64,000 nucleotides of DNA from a virus (Duplodnaviria; Caudoviricetes). The notes under the pieces were generated by a model that was given only the letters and a program-made list of their open reading frames with translations, ran no database searches and was not told where the DNA came from. The stretch spans positions 32,001 to 96,000 of the IMG/VR virus record IMGVR_UViG_3300021387_003827; one strand, 5' to 3'. Positions 44,724-57,400 of this stretch are shown one piece after another (the first letter of the stretch is position 1; each line of letters starts with the position of its first letter). The position numbers and the translations under genes are program-made.

Positions 44724-45653
44724 ATGAAAATCAATAATACAAGTGTCCAGGGAATATTTAAATATAACCCTTCCTTGGAATATGAAACCGGAGACTTTGT
44801 TATCCTCGAAGACAATACATTATGGGTAGCTAAGAAGGATGTTCCAGTCGGTGGTGATAAAGATGAGTACTTCGAACCATACCTTTCATCTAAAGTCTTG
44901 ACTATGGAAGAATATCAGGATGAGGAGAAAGATGGATTTATGAGTGCAGCCCTAGCGTATGAAGTTCTTGAATCAATGATGTTTGGGGTTACAACAACTG
45001 GTCTTAGTAATCCGCTGGAGTATAATCATCTATCTCCAGACGAACTTATGACTAGGAAAAATATAAACAACGCTATTGTTCATTTTCCAAGATCTACGTT
45101 TAAAAGTATTCTCTCAGAACAGGAGGGAAGTGATATTTTCATTCATCAGTATGCTTATAAGGTGGCATCTACGGGGAATACTATTAAAGTACAAGTAATG
45201 ATTGATCCGGAAGAGAGGACGATTCGACTTAGATCATATCTTGATAATCAAATAACTCCATGGACAGCATCATTAACCTCCACAACAAAAGAATTGGCAG
45301 AGATGGTAGAGGCTATTCAAACCTATTATACGGCCAGAGTGGAGGAACTTGATAATATTGTCAGGAGGTTTGATGATTATATATTACTTCAGAAGATTAA
45401 TGCCTCTGGTGTGGGGACTGGACAAGTAACTGGGACATTTAACGGTGACTACTATATAATGTTAACGTATACACCAGAAGGATCCTCAGTCTCAGAACAG
45501 TATAGCTTAGTTGTTGATACCTCATATATTCAGTCAAATCCGCTTTATATTCAAACCGGACCACTTCTTGTAAAAATAACTACCTCTTCAATAATGGTTT
45601 CTGGTCCGGCAACGGGTTCTTCGATTATATCGGGGGTATATTCAATTAATTAG
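44724..45653 (+). CDS. putative tail fibre-associated protein
   Basis: YNPSLEYETGDFVIL..NTLWVA CBM-like N-terminus. Confidence 0.5.
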   Translation: MKINNTSVQGIFKYNPSLEYETGDFVILEDNTLWVAKKDVPVGGDKDEYFEPYLSSKVLTMEEYQDEEKDGFMSAALAYEVLESMMFGVTTTGLSNPLEYNHLSPDELMTRKNINNAIVHFPRSTFKSILSEQEGSDIFIHQYAYKVASTGNTIKVQVMIDPEERTIRLRSYLDNQITPWTASLTSTTKELAEMVEAIQTYYTARVEELDNIVRRFDDYILLQKINASGVGTGQVTGTFNGDYYIMLTYTPEGSSVSEQYSLVVDTSYIQSNPLYIQTGPLLVKITTSSIMVSGPATGSSIISGVYSIN

Positions 45654-45655
45654 TT

Positions 45656-46429
45656 ATGAGACTTACGGCAATAAATACTGAGAATACTGACATAAATATA
45701 AAAGAGAAAGATTTATATATAGGCGAAGAAAATCTTATTCATTCCCCATTGTCTATCTTCCGACCTATCCGAAAATCTGAATTTAAAAACCTTCTTCGCT
45801 CTCGGGCATGGAATAAAGATATGTGCGTTGTATATAGTGATGGTGCATATTATCTGGGAATTTACAGAGACGGCTATTTTCCCTCTGGAGATATAGACTA
45901 TTTCAGTGAAGAGGAGATAGAAAAGGCTAAGGAATTTAAGATTGAGAGGGAGGATAGTTCTGATGATACCTATACCGGGAAGATTAAGGATGCATATGCT
46001 GAGATTCTTGGTGGAAAATATGGTAAAGACGATGACGATGGAAATCTTGATCCAAAGGAAGATTACTCGGAGGCAGAACAATTTATTAGTACCTGGTCCG
46101 ACCGGCAATATATTCGTCCGATAACCCAAGAATCTTATGTCAATTATATAAATCTTAACCCGTACATTCTCTTAGGACCTGGGATATATTGTGATGCATT
46201 TATATCAATCCTATATTCCATTGGGGGAGAGGTATGTCAGAGAAATAACTTAATGTCTATATATTCATGTGATTCTTCTGGTGAATTATCTATAAAGAAT
46301 ACATGTAATAGTATAGGTTCAGATATTAGAGTAGATTTTATGAATGGTGTTTTACAAGCTAATTCATTACATAATAAAATCGAAGAGTGTGTAATAAATC
46401 GATGTAGATTAATATATGGAAGAAAATAA
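45656..46429 (+). CDS. hypothetical protein in the tail module
   Basis: 257 aa ORF within the operon. Confidence 0.6.
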   Translation: MRLTAINTENTDINIKEKDLYIGEENLIHSPLSIFRPIRKSEFKNLLRSRAWNKDMCVVYSDGAYYLGIYRDGYFPSGDIDYFSEEEIEKAKEFKIEREDSSDDTYTGKIKDAYAEILGGKYGKDDDDGNLDPKEDYSEAEQFISTWSDRQYIRPITQESYVNYINLNPYILLGPGIYCDAFISILYSIGGEVCQRNNLMSIYSCDSSGELSIKNTCNSIGSDIRVDFMNGVLQANSLHNKIEECVINRCRLIYGRK

Positions 46430-47840
46430 CGTATCTCAGGGATATTATACTTATATCCTTGGAACAGTAGAAGAAATAAACCAGTGTCTTAGGATTGCAG
46501 TATATAATCGGAGAGCGTTTGACCAGATATCACTATACAATATAAACGAAATATATAATAGTCTGGGGGATGCTAAAATAGAATTAACCAGGAATGATAT
46601 ATCGTCTCCCTTCGAATATATAATTGGTGACCTAGAAAGTGGATTTAATGTTATAATATATCTTTCCGAGTATTCAATTCCTCTAGGATATACTGAATTT
46701 TATAGTGATCAAGGCACTGAATTTAGCGTAAATATTACTATAGGGCTACAGGATACTATTTCTGTTCAAGATAATGTTACTATAAATTTAGATCTTTCAA
46801 AGTACCTGCGGGGAACTGGAGATACATATAGACAATTTACCGGAAAGACTTTTAAAAGTATTTCAGACATTCTTGAAGAAAAGATTAAGAAAGACTTTAT
46901 TTATACGTCGGATCTTACAAATCATAAAAATATAATATATCAGGGTATAAGATCTAGTATAAATAATGAACTTTATGGTCTATATATAACAAGAGATGTA
47001 GATATAGATCCTAAGAAAATTGGATATAATAACTATAACTTTGGATTTAAGGGAAATGATATTGTTCTTTATTCTTGGACTTCTGAGGGGAAATATAGGG
47101 CTACTTCATTAACTAAGAATGATATTTTCGGTAATCCTCTACAATATTCTGCCGGAGAGTATACAGGAGATATTCAATATATGTCCGGTAGATATATCAT
47201 TGGGAACGACAGAATTTATAATTATCTGACGAAAGAGGAGACCTTGGGAGAATATATAATTGACCAACAGGATTGGACAGGAAAGGTAATCAAACATCCC
47301 GACTCTCTTGAATCTTATGAAGAAGTTATAGTAGATATTCCAGATCTTAAGAATATCTATATAGATCTTAAAACATTTATGAGCTATCAAACATTAAAAA
47401 TACATAGAAAAATTGGATCTTGGTGGATTTTAGAGCATACAGAAAGAGGTAGAAAAGCTTATGCAGTGACCGATTCTCGTGCCCTGATTTATATGACAAA
47501 AGAGGAAGTTTCTAATCTCTTTGTTATAAACTCAGGATCACTTCTTGTTAAAAATCAAGATACGTATAATTTATATATGATAGATAGCCCAGGATATTAT
47601 ATAACAGAATCTACAAAAAAATATATGAAAAATTCAAGTGGTTCATGGCAGCTTCCAAAGTACGTAAAATCTAAAAGCTTGCTCCAAGATCCATTTGAAA
47701 TAAAAGTTGGTGATGATCTATATAAGACTATGTTGTTTAATTATAGAATCGGACCGTATATAAACACAGTTCCTAATTTTATAGGCTCGATGTGTGGAGT
47801 ATTATTTTATAAAGAGGGTGATAATTTATTCTACTTATGA
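46416..47840 (+). CDS. hypothetical beta-rich protein in the tail module
   Basis: 474 aa ORF, Tyr/Ile-rich. Confidence 0.6.
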   Translation: MEENNVSQGYYTYILGTVEEINQCLRIAVYNRRAFDQISLYNINEIYNSLGDAKIELTRNDISSPFEYIIGDLESGFNVIIYLSEYSIPLGYTEFYSDQGTEFSVNITIGLQDTISVQDNVTINLDLSKYLRGTGDTYRQFTGKTFKSISDILEEKIKKDFIYTSDLTNHKNIIYQGIRSSINNELYGLYITRDVDIDPKKIGYNNYNFGFKGNDIVLYSWTSEGKYRATSLTKNDIFGNPLQYSAGEYTGDIQYMSGRYIIGNDRIYNYLTKEETLGEYIIDQQDWTGKVIKHPDSLESYEEVIVDIPDLKNIYIDLKTFMSYQTLKIHRKIGSWWILEHTERGRKAYAVTDSRALIYMTKEEVSNLFVINSGSLLVKNQDTYNLYMIDSPGYYITESTKKYMKNSSGSWQLPKYVKSKSLLQDPFEIKVGDDLYKTMLFNYRIGPYINTVPNFIGSMCGVLFYKEGDNLFYL

Positions 47841-50800
47841 TATCAGTAAATCTTTTAAAAGAAAATGAGCTCTTAGAGGTAGACGACGTTATTACTCTAA
47901 GAAGCTATAATACCGAAACTGGGGTAAGTAAAAAACCTTTATCCGGGGTTTGGAATGGTGAGAAAAAAGAATTAACCTTGTGTATTCATGGATCTGTAAC
48001 TCCTGTTGAGGATACAAAATGGATAAAAATCTATGATACAAAAGACGAAGAGTTTTTAAGAATAGAGAGTTCAGAAAATATAAATCTTGTCAATATTAAT
48101 CTTTTTACTATAACGCTCGGAACTGGAAAAGGGAGAATAGAATTTGAAAATGAATCGGAGAATAAGAAATTTCTAGAGGACTTTGGAACTGCTCTTGGAG
48201 ACAACTTATATATTCCCTATGATAATCCTGAATCCCACTTGGCCCTGAAGAAACCAGCCTATAGATACTACAGAATTGAAAGTGTGTCTTCTCCGGAAAT
48301 GACTCTTGGATTTAAGCACTTAGATCCACGTACCGGAGAAGTGAAAGATCAATATATTTTACGAACATACTCAAATCTTGAAATAACTTGTGAAGGAGCG
48401 GAAGGTGATATTAGATTAGGACTTCCGATAGAGGGTGGAGTTATAGATATTCAAGGAACTGCAGAATATACAGATTATCTTATCATAGATGGTAAGATAA
48501 AAAATGTTGTTGGAACAGGGATTCTTAGTATATCCGAAATTCCTTCTTTTAGAATTTCCGAGGTATCTAATAATGGATTTAGATATAAGACCCACGGGAC
48601 AAGATTGGAATATTTATTTCCAGAGGATGGAATAAAGAGGCCCGTTCTTGTTATCCGAGGTACTGTGATGTATGAAGACATAAATGGAGACCCTATCACA
48701 GTTTCTTCTGATACTATGACCTTGTATCAAACTAAGGCTATCTCAATGTGGGAAATAAGAAATTCTACGACGGATTTCTATAATAGTTCTGAGACGACCT
48801 ATAATGAGGAGAGTAGCTATGTTAAGGATGGGTTGCGTGTGTATATTTTCCAATGGGATTCTTACTCAAATAATGATACCCACTCCTTTGATATATGTAT
48901 AAATCTTCAGCCTAAAACTCCAAAGATAACTTATAGTATTGATTCAAGGTATGGTTCTTCAGAATCCGCCGAAGATATATTCAATGAGTGGTTTAAAGTT
49001 GAATGTGGAGAGTGGGAAGATCCAGAAGGACAGAGACATTTCGAACTCCCTGTTACAATTACCGCACGGAAAAATTGGACAGGAGATACTAAACCATATT
49101 GGGCACCGTATTATAATGATAAAGGTCTTCTTGTCAAGGTTTCAATTGAGATAGAAGATATTGGTACGGAATCCTTCTATGTAATTATGTCTCCAAACCC
49201 TAATGTAACATATTCATCAACTTGGTATGCAAAAGATAATAAATTCTATACCAGTAATCCAACTACAATAACCGCCGAGCTTAGTGAAACAGTACAGTTA
49301 GAAGACGTATCAGAGTATTATGTGGGAATCACTGGGTCTACGCAGAAATATTCATACTGGAGAGTTTTATCAGCGGCCGGAGATACAGATTATTCGGTTA
49401 AGAATGACTACAATGAATATGCTTGGGGAAGTATTCCAGGTACTCAACCTCCATTTAGTGTGGGTGAAAAAATAAATCTTCTTCACTTGATCTGGGGAAA
49501 TGAAACTGGTATTAAGGATTATAAGATTATACTTGGTTTATATACAGATGTACAAGAAGCTAATCATGTTAAATATTATCACCCTGAGACATACAGCTGT
49601 ACACATTGGGATCTTATTGGCTCTACACCAACGCAGAGAATAACAATACAGAAAAGATTTGAAAATAGTATAGTTGAAGTAAAATCCTATGACTCTTCTT
49701 ATATGGATTATGGAAGAGGCGGTATAATAGCTTCGTCAGGTAGGTTTGATTTTGGTGAGGTAGGACTAAGACACATCACTTTTTCTACTAATACAGACTT
49801 TATTCTATCGGCAGAAGTTGCATCTGACATAGATACTACATATGATGGAAATGATTTCCAATATATGAAGGATAGGATTGAGTTTGTTTATATAGATCCA
49901 GTAACGGGAGAAGAATCAAGTGAAGTAACTTTAACAGAGGAAGAAAAGTCTAGTCTTTCTCCAGAAAATCCGACCGTAGATAAAGTAGTTACTGTAAGGT
50001 TTAAGTATAATTTATCTGCAAGATTTCCCAAAAGTGATTATTGGGACGAAAGTCCAGAAGTATATTATAAAAAATTTGGTTGGCTTTATATAAAAACAGA
50101 GTTATCTGGAACTTGGAATACTTTTAAGAAATTTGATCTCTGGTGGAAATGGATAAAACCAGAATATAGAATAGTTAATGGAGATGGGTTTATGAGAATC
50201 TATGGCACATCTTTCTCCAGGGAAACCGAGTTTTCCGGCTACACTCCTGGTGGTGGTACTTCATATGTAACTGCAAGGAATAACCATAATGATGAAATTA
50301 GATTTTATTCAAATGTAACTCCAAAGATTATTTATGTAGATAAATCTCCCGAAGGGTATCCAGAAGGAAATTTTGTACAGGGAGTTCTTAAGATAGAAAA
50401 CTTAAGAAGTTCGGATAAGTCTTTATACTCATACTCAGATTATTCAGTAAACTATAATTATTCATATTCAACTGCTTCTGTTCCTACAGCTATTCAAAAC
50501 TTTAAAGATGCATTCCCAAAAATTGTGGCCGGTCTTAGTCCAATTCCAATAACTGCCTTTGGATCTGTTCGTTTCTTATCAATGTGGGGTAGAGATGGTA
50601 CGGACTTCATATCAAATTATCTCTATGTTGTACCAAAACCCATAGAATTTATAATACACGATGAAGTTAGTACTCACATGGAATCCGGAAAGATAGTAGC
50701 GTATCTTGGCATCGCCAGTGGATATCCGGGAGGGGAAACTGGTATTTGGGCAGAATATGGTAAGAGCGACTTTGAAGTTCTTGAGTCAATGATAGATGAT

Positions 50801-52642
50801 CAAACAGGAGGTATAGAACTCGTAGATAGTGTACGATATAATGGTATTACTAATGGTATAGAGCCAGAGTTTGTGGCTTCTGAAGACAGAAATTATTATG
50901 CTAAAGTATCGTATAATCTTCATGGAATAAAGAAGGATGGAGTAAATAAATTAACAACCGACAATGGAACGCCAGAATTTTTATCTCAGGATCAACTTGA
51001 TGACCTGACTGGTTCTTCTTCTGGTATTTTCTACATATATCCTCCAAAGCGTCCCTTAGATATATATACAAATGATTATGGTGGAAACTATACTATCTTA
51101 AGTCCAGGAGAATTTACGTATATTGTCCAACCAAAAGTAGCGTTAAACATGGTTGGGTATACGTGGAGATATCCCATGACTGAAACTGGAACCGTGGTGG
51201 GATTTGGTGATTATACTTATGAGAATTTTCAACTTCAATGTAATACGCCGCCACATGAGAACGTGTTTAGTGTAGGTCCTGCCACGATTGTAACTCCTTT
51301 TGGACAAATTTCTGGAGATTATGGTCTTGGTCCTCTTGATCCGGATAGTGAAGTCTTAGATACCTTTAAGTATGAGTATGATGATCCAGATTCGAAAGGG
51401 TCTGCTAAAGCTGTGATTTCCGCCGAGCTTAATTATGTTTATCATGACCCTCATGGTTGGGATACAGAGGTTTCTGGTACTGCGACGGGTATATATAGAA
51501 TACCTCATATTTATGATTCATTACAGGTAACCTCCTCAAGCATACTTATACCAACTGGTGTATATCTTGGAAATATAGATACCACCACGGGGAGAAATGT
51601 TGTTACTGTCAATGTTCCAGCGACGGATTATAGGTGTAGTATTACTGTTTCTAATCTTCTCTTAGATCAGGGATATAGAAAGGATACTCCTATGTATCCA
51701 TATATGACTTCTGATTATGAAGGAACTATTATCCAGAGACCTACCGAAAATAATTTTGTAGTTAATTTTGGCCTTAATACAACGACCCAGGAAAGAGTAA
51801 TTAATCTTCTGATCAAGTCTTATTATCAAGAATCTCTAGGGTATGGTTCTGAATTATTGATAAAGATAGTACAAGCCCCAGGTGGGAATATAGAGGATAG
51901 ATATAAATTCCTCTCCACTGGCCACTTTTATGATACTACAAACGACGATATTGTACAAGAATTGTCTATAAATGTAGACCCCGTTGATTTTCCTGGAACA
52001 GAGGCAATTGTAGATCTTGACGGAAATAGTCTTAGAAACTCCATTAGTACTGTCGGATCTGTAGCAACTCTTACGATATATGATATGAAAGTGGAGGAAA
52101 ATATGTCTGCTTCGCCTAGAAATCATACCCTTACTATTCAAGGATCTTCAGACGAACCAATCATAATTAACTTAGAACAAGGATATTTCTCCGTTGGTGT
52201 TGTAGAAGGAACATCTCTTGATAATGGTACTTTCAATATATTATCTTCGGATGACTACCATTTTAATACCAGAGAAGTAGATGCCAGATCTAGTAATGAG
52301 GATCGTCTCGTATATCTCATAGGATTTAAGTGGAATGATGCTAAAGGATCAAGAGAGGGAGTGTTTTCAGATCGTTCTTTATGGGAGGTATCACATTCTT
52401 GGTGGAGCATAACCCCTGAGGATAGTCTTTATAATTATGAAACATTAGTTATAAAAGATGATACTACTTATGAAGATCCAGGCATAGAGAATATATATAC
52501 AGCAAAAGAAGATTTTATATCTCAAAATATTGATTTTTATGTAAATACTTGGCTCAGTATTAGATGGCCATATCTAATTGATGGTTCTGTATTGAGTGTA
52601 AATAAAAACCTAAACTTTAGTTATATTAAGAAGAATGGATGA
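47837..52642 (+). CDS. large tail fibre/adhesin-like protein with C-terminal BACON-like Ig domains
   Basis: 1601 aa; VVNFGLNTTTQERVINLLI...IKIVQ and EENMSASPRNHTLTI...INLEQ match the BACON N-x-x-x-x-x-R...Q pattern. Confidence 0.6.
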   Translation: MISVNLLKENELLEVDDVITLRSYNTETGVSKKPLSGVWNGEKKELTLCIHGSVTPVEDTKWIKIYDTKDEEFLRIESSENINLVNINLFTITLGTGKGRIEFENESENKKFLEDFGTALGDNLYIPYDNPESHLALKKPAYRYYRIESVSSPEMTLGFKHLDPRTGEVKDQYILRTYSNLEITCEGAEGDIRLGLPIEGGVIDIQGTAEYTDYLIIDGKIKNVVGTGILSISEIPSFRISEVSNNGFRYKTHGTRLEYLFPEDGIKRPVLVIRGTVMYEDINGDPITVSSDTMTLYQTKAISMWEIRNSTTDFYNSSETTYNEESSYVKDGLRVYIFQWDSYSNNDTHSFDICINLQPKTPKITYSIDSRYGSSESAEDIFNEWFKVECGEWEDPEGQRHFELPVTITARKNWTGDTKPYWAPYYNDKGLLVKVSIEIEDIGTESFYVIMSPNPNVTYSSTWYAKDNKFYTSNPTTITAELSETVQLEDVSEYYVGITGSTQKYSYWRVLSAAGDTDYSVKNDYNEYAWGSIPGTQPPFSVGEKINLLHLIWGNETGIKDYKIILGLYTDVQEANHVKYYHPETYSCTHWDLIGSTPTQRITIQKRFENSIVEVKSYDSSYMDYGRGGIIASSGRFDFGEVGLRHITFSTNTDFILSAEVASDIDTTYDGNDFQYMKDRIEFVYIDPVTGEESSEVTLTEEEKSSLSPENPTVDKVVTVRFKYNLSARFPKSDYWDESPEVYYKKFGWLYIKTELSGTWNTFKKFDLWWKWIKPEYRIVNGDGFMRIYGTSFSRETEFSGYTPGGGTSYVTARNNHNDEIRFYSNVTPKIIYVDKSPEGYPEGNFVQGVLKIENLRSSDKSLYSYSDYSVNYNYSYSTASVPTAIQNFKDAFPKIVAGLSPIPITAFGSVRFLSMWGRDGTDFISNYLYVVPKPIEFIIHDEVSTHMESGKIVAYLGIASGYPGGETGIWAEYGKSDFEVLESMIDDQTGGIELVDSVRYNGITNGIEPEFVASEDRNYYAKVSYNLHGIKKDGVNKLTTDNGTPEFLSQDQLDDLTGSSSGIFYIYPPKRPLDIYTNDYGGNYTILSPGEFTYIVQPKVALNMVGYTWRYPMTETGTVVGFGDYTYENFQLQCNTPPHENVFSVGPATIVTPFGQISGDYGLGPLDPDSEVLDTFKYEYDDPDSKGSAKAVISAELNYVYHDPHGWDTEVSGTATGIYRIPHIYDSLQVTSSSILIPTGVYLGNIDTTTGRNVVTVNVPATDYRCSITVSNLLLDQGYRKDTPMYPYMTSDYEGTIIQRPTENNFVVNFGLNTTTQERVINLLIKSYYQESLGYGSELLIKIVQAPGGNIEDRYKFLSTGHFYDTTNDDIVQELSINVDPVDFPGTEAIVDLDGNSLRNSISTVGSVATLTIYDMKVEENMSASPRNHTLTIQGSSDEPIIINLEQGYFSVGVVEGTSLDNGTFNILSSDDYHFNTREVDARSSNEDRLVYLIGFKWNDAKGSREGVFSDRSLWEVSHSWWSITPEDSLYNYETLVIKDDTTYEDPGIENIYTAKEDFISQNIDFYVNTWLSIRWPYLIDGSVLSVNKNLNFSYIKKNG

Positions 52643-53339
52643 GAATAAGATAACATTTATTGATAAGATATCCGATATCATTATCAAGATAGATCAATCC
52701 GTCGGCTTCAAAAATCTTCTTAGGTATGTTGTTCTCATATTGGTGTTGTTTGGAATATTTAATTTCAAAGCAATTGTCAAAGGGGGTATAGAGCTCGTCC
52801 AGGAAATTTCGGATGAGCTACATACTGAAAGATTAGAAAGACGTGATGAATTATTAAAGGACCTAGCACCTATCCTTCAAGAATATCGAGCGGCTACCGG
52901 AGCGGATAGGATATTATATTTTGAATATCATAACTCTAAGGAAAACTTAGTTGGTATTCCATTCAAGTATCTTGATCTGGTATTGCAAAACTCTCGGTAT
53001 GGGATTAGTCTTGTTTCAGAGTCCAGGTTCAAGGATGTAAATATTGGAATTATTAGCCCAATTTATGAAGGAATTAAGACGGGCGACGTAATCTATAGGA
53101 TGAACATGGAAGACGAATCTTTCCATTTTAAATACCCAGGAACATATGAGCTCTTTGACTCTGACGTATCTCAAGCCTTTATATCAATCCCCGGTATAAC
53201 CCAACCCGTCGGAATGATTATCTTAGAGTGGAAAAGAGATATGAATGAAGAAGACGTTCGCTGGGTAGAAGAATATTCATACGGACACAGTGGATACATC
53301 TCAAGAATAAATGGACTAATAATGTCTATGAGCTATTGA
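52635..53339 (+). CDS. holin-like protein (single N-terminal TM plus soluble domain, T4 T-like architecture)
   Basis: TM YVVLILVLFGIF; GADRILYFEYHNS GAF-like domain. Confidence 0.55.
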   Translation: MDENKITFIDKISDIIIKIDQSVGFKNLLRYVVLILVLFGIFNFKAIVKGGIELVQEISDELHTERLERRDELLKDLAPILQEYRAATGADRILYFEYHNSKENLVGIPFKYLDLVLQNSRYGISLVSESRFKDVNIGIISPIYEGIKTGDVIYRMNMEDESFHFKYPGTYELFDSDVSQAFISIPGITQPVGMIILEWKRDMNEEDVRWVEEYSYGHSGYISRINGLIMSMSY

Positions 53340-53342
53340 TAA

Positions 53343-53376
53343 TTGGGGTATGAGAAATATAAAACTTGTACCCCAA
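53343..53376 (+). terminator. stem-loop after the holin-like gene
   Basis: ttggggtatgag...cttgtaccccaa; no T tail on the + strand. Confidence 0.45.
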
Positions 53377-53396
53377 AAATATAAAGAAGTTAATTT

Positions 53397-54479
53397 ATGG
53401 CAACGACTATTAAGATATCTAGAAGCGCAAGTATAGAGGAATCAAGAGATGTTGCGCTAATTCGTCTTGATAAACATATAGAGCATCATCCAGGTCAGCC
53501 AGTTGAAGTATTATATCGTACAGAGACTAATACAATAGATTCCATAGTAGCTATTGGAGTTAAAGATGGATATGGTAGAGACTGTTACAGCATACTAGCT
53601 TCCAGAGGTGAAGTTGTAGTAAATGATGTTCTTTATGAATTAGAAGATGTATCAGAACTTATAAATGGTGGAAGATACATTGTTCTAGATAATAATGTCT
53701 GGAAACTGGAACTCTTAGGAGATGATGGGGTAATAAGGAATATAATCCCATTAGAGGATATTTCAGACGTTATGATATATAAAAATCTCCGTGACGGCTA
53801 TAATTGGTACTGGAGAGATAATATATTAAAGAGGGAAGATTCTTTTTATACAGATGAACAATTAACTGAAAAAGTACAAAATATGATAGATGAAAGTTCT
53901 TATGTAGATTTCTCAGTGATGTATTACGGAGAAACTAATTTATATGCACCTGACACAATTGTTACATCTCCGAAATTTATTGTAAAGCTGTCTGTAGGGT
54001 CTCATGACTACTTAGACAGAGCCACAATAAAGGTTTCTTCGTCAGAACATGAAGAAGAGGAAATTAAGTCTATAGAAGGAAATATACTCACACTATATGG
54101 TTCCTTTGATAAAGATGTTACATTTACATTTACAGTAAATTATTACGGAGTTACTTATACAGCTACGAGTGAGATTAGATTTATGAAGATGGCCAGATAT
54201 GGAAGTATTCATGATGGAGAAGATGTTCCTGAATATAATGATCTCTCGTTGAAGGTTGTATATTTTGATCCTAAGGTTGGAATAGATCTATCATATGATC
54301 TTCAGGATGCAAAAAGTCTGTTGATTGTTCCTGGTGATATTTCATTTAAGCGAATTCTTGATGAAAATAGCCTAGATTATATCTACGATTATACTTCCTA
54401 TAGTATGAATGGGTATACAATATATCTAAAGAAAACATCAACAACTATAAACAATTTTAAACAAGTATTTATTATATGA
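53397..54479 (+). CDS. hypothetical structural protein
   Basis: 360 aa ORF coupled to the next gene. Confidence 0.6.
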   Translation: MATTIKISRSASIEESRDVALIRLDKHIEHHPGQPVEVLYRTETNTIDSIVAIGVKDGYGRDCYSILASRGEVVVNDVLYELEDVSELINGGRYIVLDNNVWKLELLGDDGVIRNIIPLEDISDVMIYKNLRDGYNWYWRDNILKREDSFYTDEQLTEKVQNMIDESSYVDFSVMYYGETNLYAPDTIVTSPKFIVKLSVGSHDYLDRATIKVSSSEHEEEEIKSIEGNILTLYGSFDKDVTFTFTVNYYGVTYTATSEIRFMKMARYGSIHDGEDVPEYNDLSLKVVYFDPKVGIDLSYDLQDAKSLLIVPGDISFKRILDENSLDYIYDYTSYSMNGYTIYLKKTSTTINNFKQVFII

Positions 54480-57400
54480 GTGAAAAACAACTTAAAGGAA
54501 CTAATGTAGCATCGCCTATAATGCCGTTCTCCTCTGAAGATACCTACCCCACACATGAAGCTAAATATGGTAAAGGTGGTTTCAGAACAGTAGAGACCAT
54601 AGCTGAGAGGGATGCTATTCCCGAAGCCAGGAGAGAGGAAGGAATGCTTGTTTATGTTGTTAATGATCCTGAAAATATTAACACATATCAGTATTTAAAT
54701 TCTACCTGGCAAAAATCAAAAATAGGGGCTGGAGTTGAGAAAGTTCAAACCATAGAAGAAAGGGAAGAACTAAAGTCTGAGATTGGTGACTTAGTTTATG
54801 TCGAATCTGAGGGACAAGTCTTTATTAAGCTGTCTGAAGATGATTGGAGACCTATGTCCTTCGGAATTCCAATCTTCACTAAAGAGATTGCAGATAAACT
54901 AGAAGACATAGACAAACTTCCTGATGACTATATAACAATCCCAGACCCCGACGAACTTTCTCAAACGACTGATAAAACTGAATACGAGTCAACGGGAAAT
55001 GGATATTACTTAGATATAATCTTCTCCACTCTTAGGTCACTTCAGGCTGAGGTTGCTAAATTAAGAAACTCTTTCAACTATGGAATGTATTCTTATACTG
55101 GAAAAGAGACTGCAATGTCAAGAGTTGTAGGATCATATACAGCCCCAGAAGAAGAACCATTATGGGCAGTAGAAGAAGCAGACCTAAGCATTGTAACTGG
55201 AGTATATGTCGACCTTAATGATAATAATAGTTTAATTCCTAGTGAAAACGTTAAAGTAGGAGACAACTATCTTATTATAAATGGTGCTGCGTCTTGGTAT
55301 GATCCCCCGACTGGTTATGCAGAAGTATCAGATCCTAAACTTTTCCTATATCTAACTACTTCAAGTACGAATATTCAAATAGTATTTTCTAAAATTTCAG
55401 ATAGTGCTAGTAGACTTACATTAGATCTTTCCCAACTTGGACTTAAACAGTACGAGAATGGAAGATACAATATAATGATCTGTCTGGCAAGAAAAGTGGC
55501 TGATACTGGAGAATATTATGGAGAAAACTATGTTTGGGTAAGTGTAGGAAATTATACTACCGGGGAAAATGAGAATATGGGCTATTGGAATACGACAACC
55601 AATAAGCTTCAGCCTGGAATATTTAGAATAGATGATAGATATAGCTTCTATTCTGTAACCTTTAACGATCAAAATTTATATAAATTTGATGGATATTCGA
55701 AGTATCAGGATTTTTCTATTCAGGTAGATCCAGTTACTCCGACGGATGATAAATATAAATATAGAGTTGCTCATATTACTATCCGCTCAGTTAAGAATGA
55801 AACTGAACTACAGGATATAAAAGATCAACTACCAGCTAATGAATTAATTTACAATGAAACAACTGGAGTTCTTTGGATAAAAACTTCTTCTGGAAGTGTA
55901 AAGCCTATTTCTGGCTCCGGTGGACAAGATGATAAAGGTATGGAAAAAAGTGAAATCATTGAATGGCTTGCTCAAAATGGTATTATTGTTACTTCAGATG
56001 GATCAGAGAGTGTTAAACTTAATGATATTGCTGACATAACTTTCATACACCAGGAAACTGACCGAGCCTTTAAATTTACCGTTGATAGCGAAGGAAATTT
56101 AGTAAGCGAAGAAATTCCTAAGGACACAATAGAAGATAGAATGAGAGCTGCTAATTTCACGCTATCCACTGAAACTGTTAACTTTACTAATATAAGAGGC
56201 CTTGTCGGTTCTCTTGGATTACAGGAACAGCATACGGAAAATCCATCTAGTCAAATTGCGGAGAATAAGGATATAGGTCTTTACGCTGACCGAGTAAAGA
56301 TATCGGCTATATATGCTCCTTATTCCCAGGATCAGCCTAGTTATGGATGTTCCCACGCTTACATTGAATTAGAAAATACCGGAAATAAAGATCTCCCTCT
56401 TGATGGATTCTACTTACACTATGCAACCGGAACTTGTGCAACAGAATCTACTGGTACAGACTTTGTTTCTGTATATAGACTTGCTCTTCATGGTGCCATT
56501 CCAGCAGGAGGAACCTATCTAATTCGTGGTAAAAAATATGCTGATTATGATCAAGCCAATACATTCATTAAAGTAAGAACCTTTGATCAGGAGTGGTTTG
56601 TTAATGGAGATCTTATCGACCTTACTCAGAATCAAAATAATACTTTCCTTCTTACTTATGGACTTCCAGATGTTAGCTATTCCACGGTATTGGTGAAGAC
56701 AAATCAGGATACAAAAACTAATACAAATTTCCCGTATTATTACCACCCGAATTATGTCGACTCTGTATCAATTGGAGCTCACGTAACTTCTAAAGCTGCT
56801 AATGCTTGGGTTGGTACTGGTATGAAGTTATTTGATCCTAAGTGTGGCGTATATAGTTCTCCGGTTGATGTTATTTTCAAGAATACATTTGAACTTGATC
56901 CTGCAAAACAGGCTTATCAGAGTCTTAATAAAACAGACTCCTCCAGAGGAAGAAATGAGAATGTTCAGGACTATCAGTATGTTCTTCTTTCAAAAGATGT
57001 CATCGAATTTCCAAAAACCGAAGAGACATTCCCTATAGAGCATTATACTCCTATGGCTTCTTGGCAGCATAAAAATGTTTGCACTGATAAAACGAAGCTT
57101 GATAAAGAAAAGCCCAATATGGTTACTGCATCTTATGGTATTGATATGTATAAAACTAGGTGCTTTAACTGGATTTCTTGTGGTGCTTTCGACGAGTATA
57201 TTTGGATAAGACCTCAGGGATCCTCTTCATGGTCTGCCAGATTTGAGAGCTATAAGGATGGAACTGAGAATGATTATGTTGGCACCTCTGGAATGACTAA
57301 ACGTGTATTTGGTACTTTCTACAATAAGACCGTGGGAGATGAGAACTATCCTATCCAAAAGGTTATCTATAATAGGATGTTCGGTACTTTCCCGGCAGAT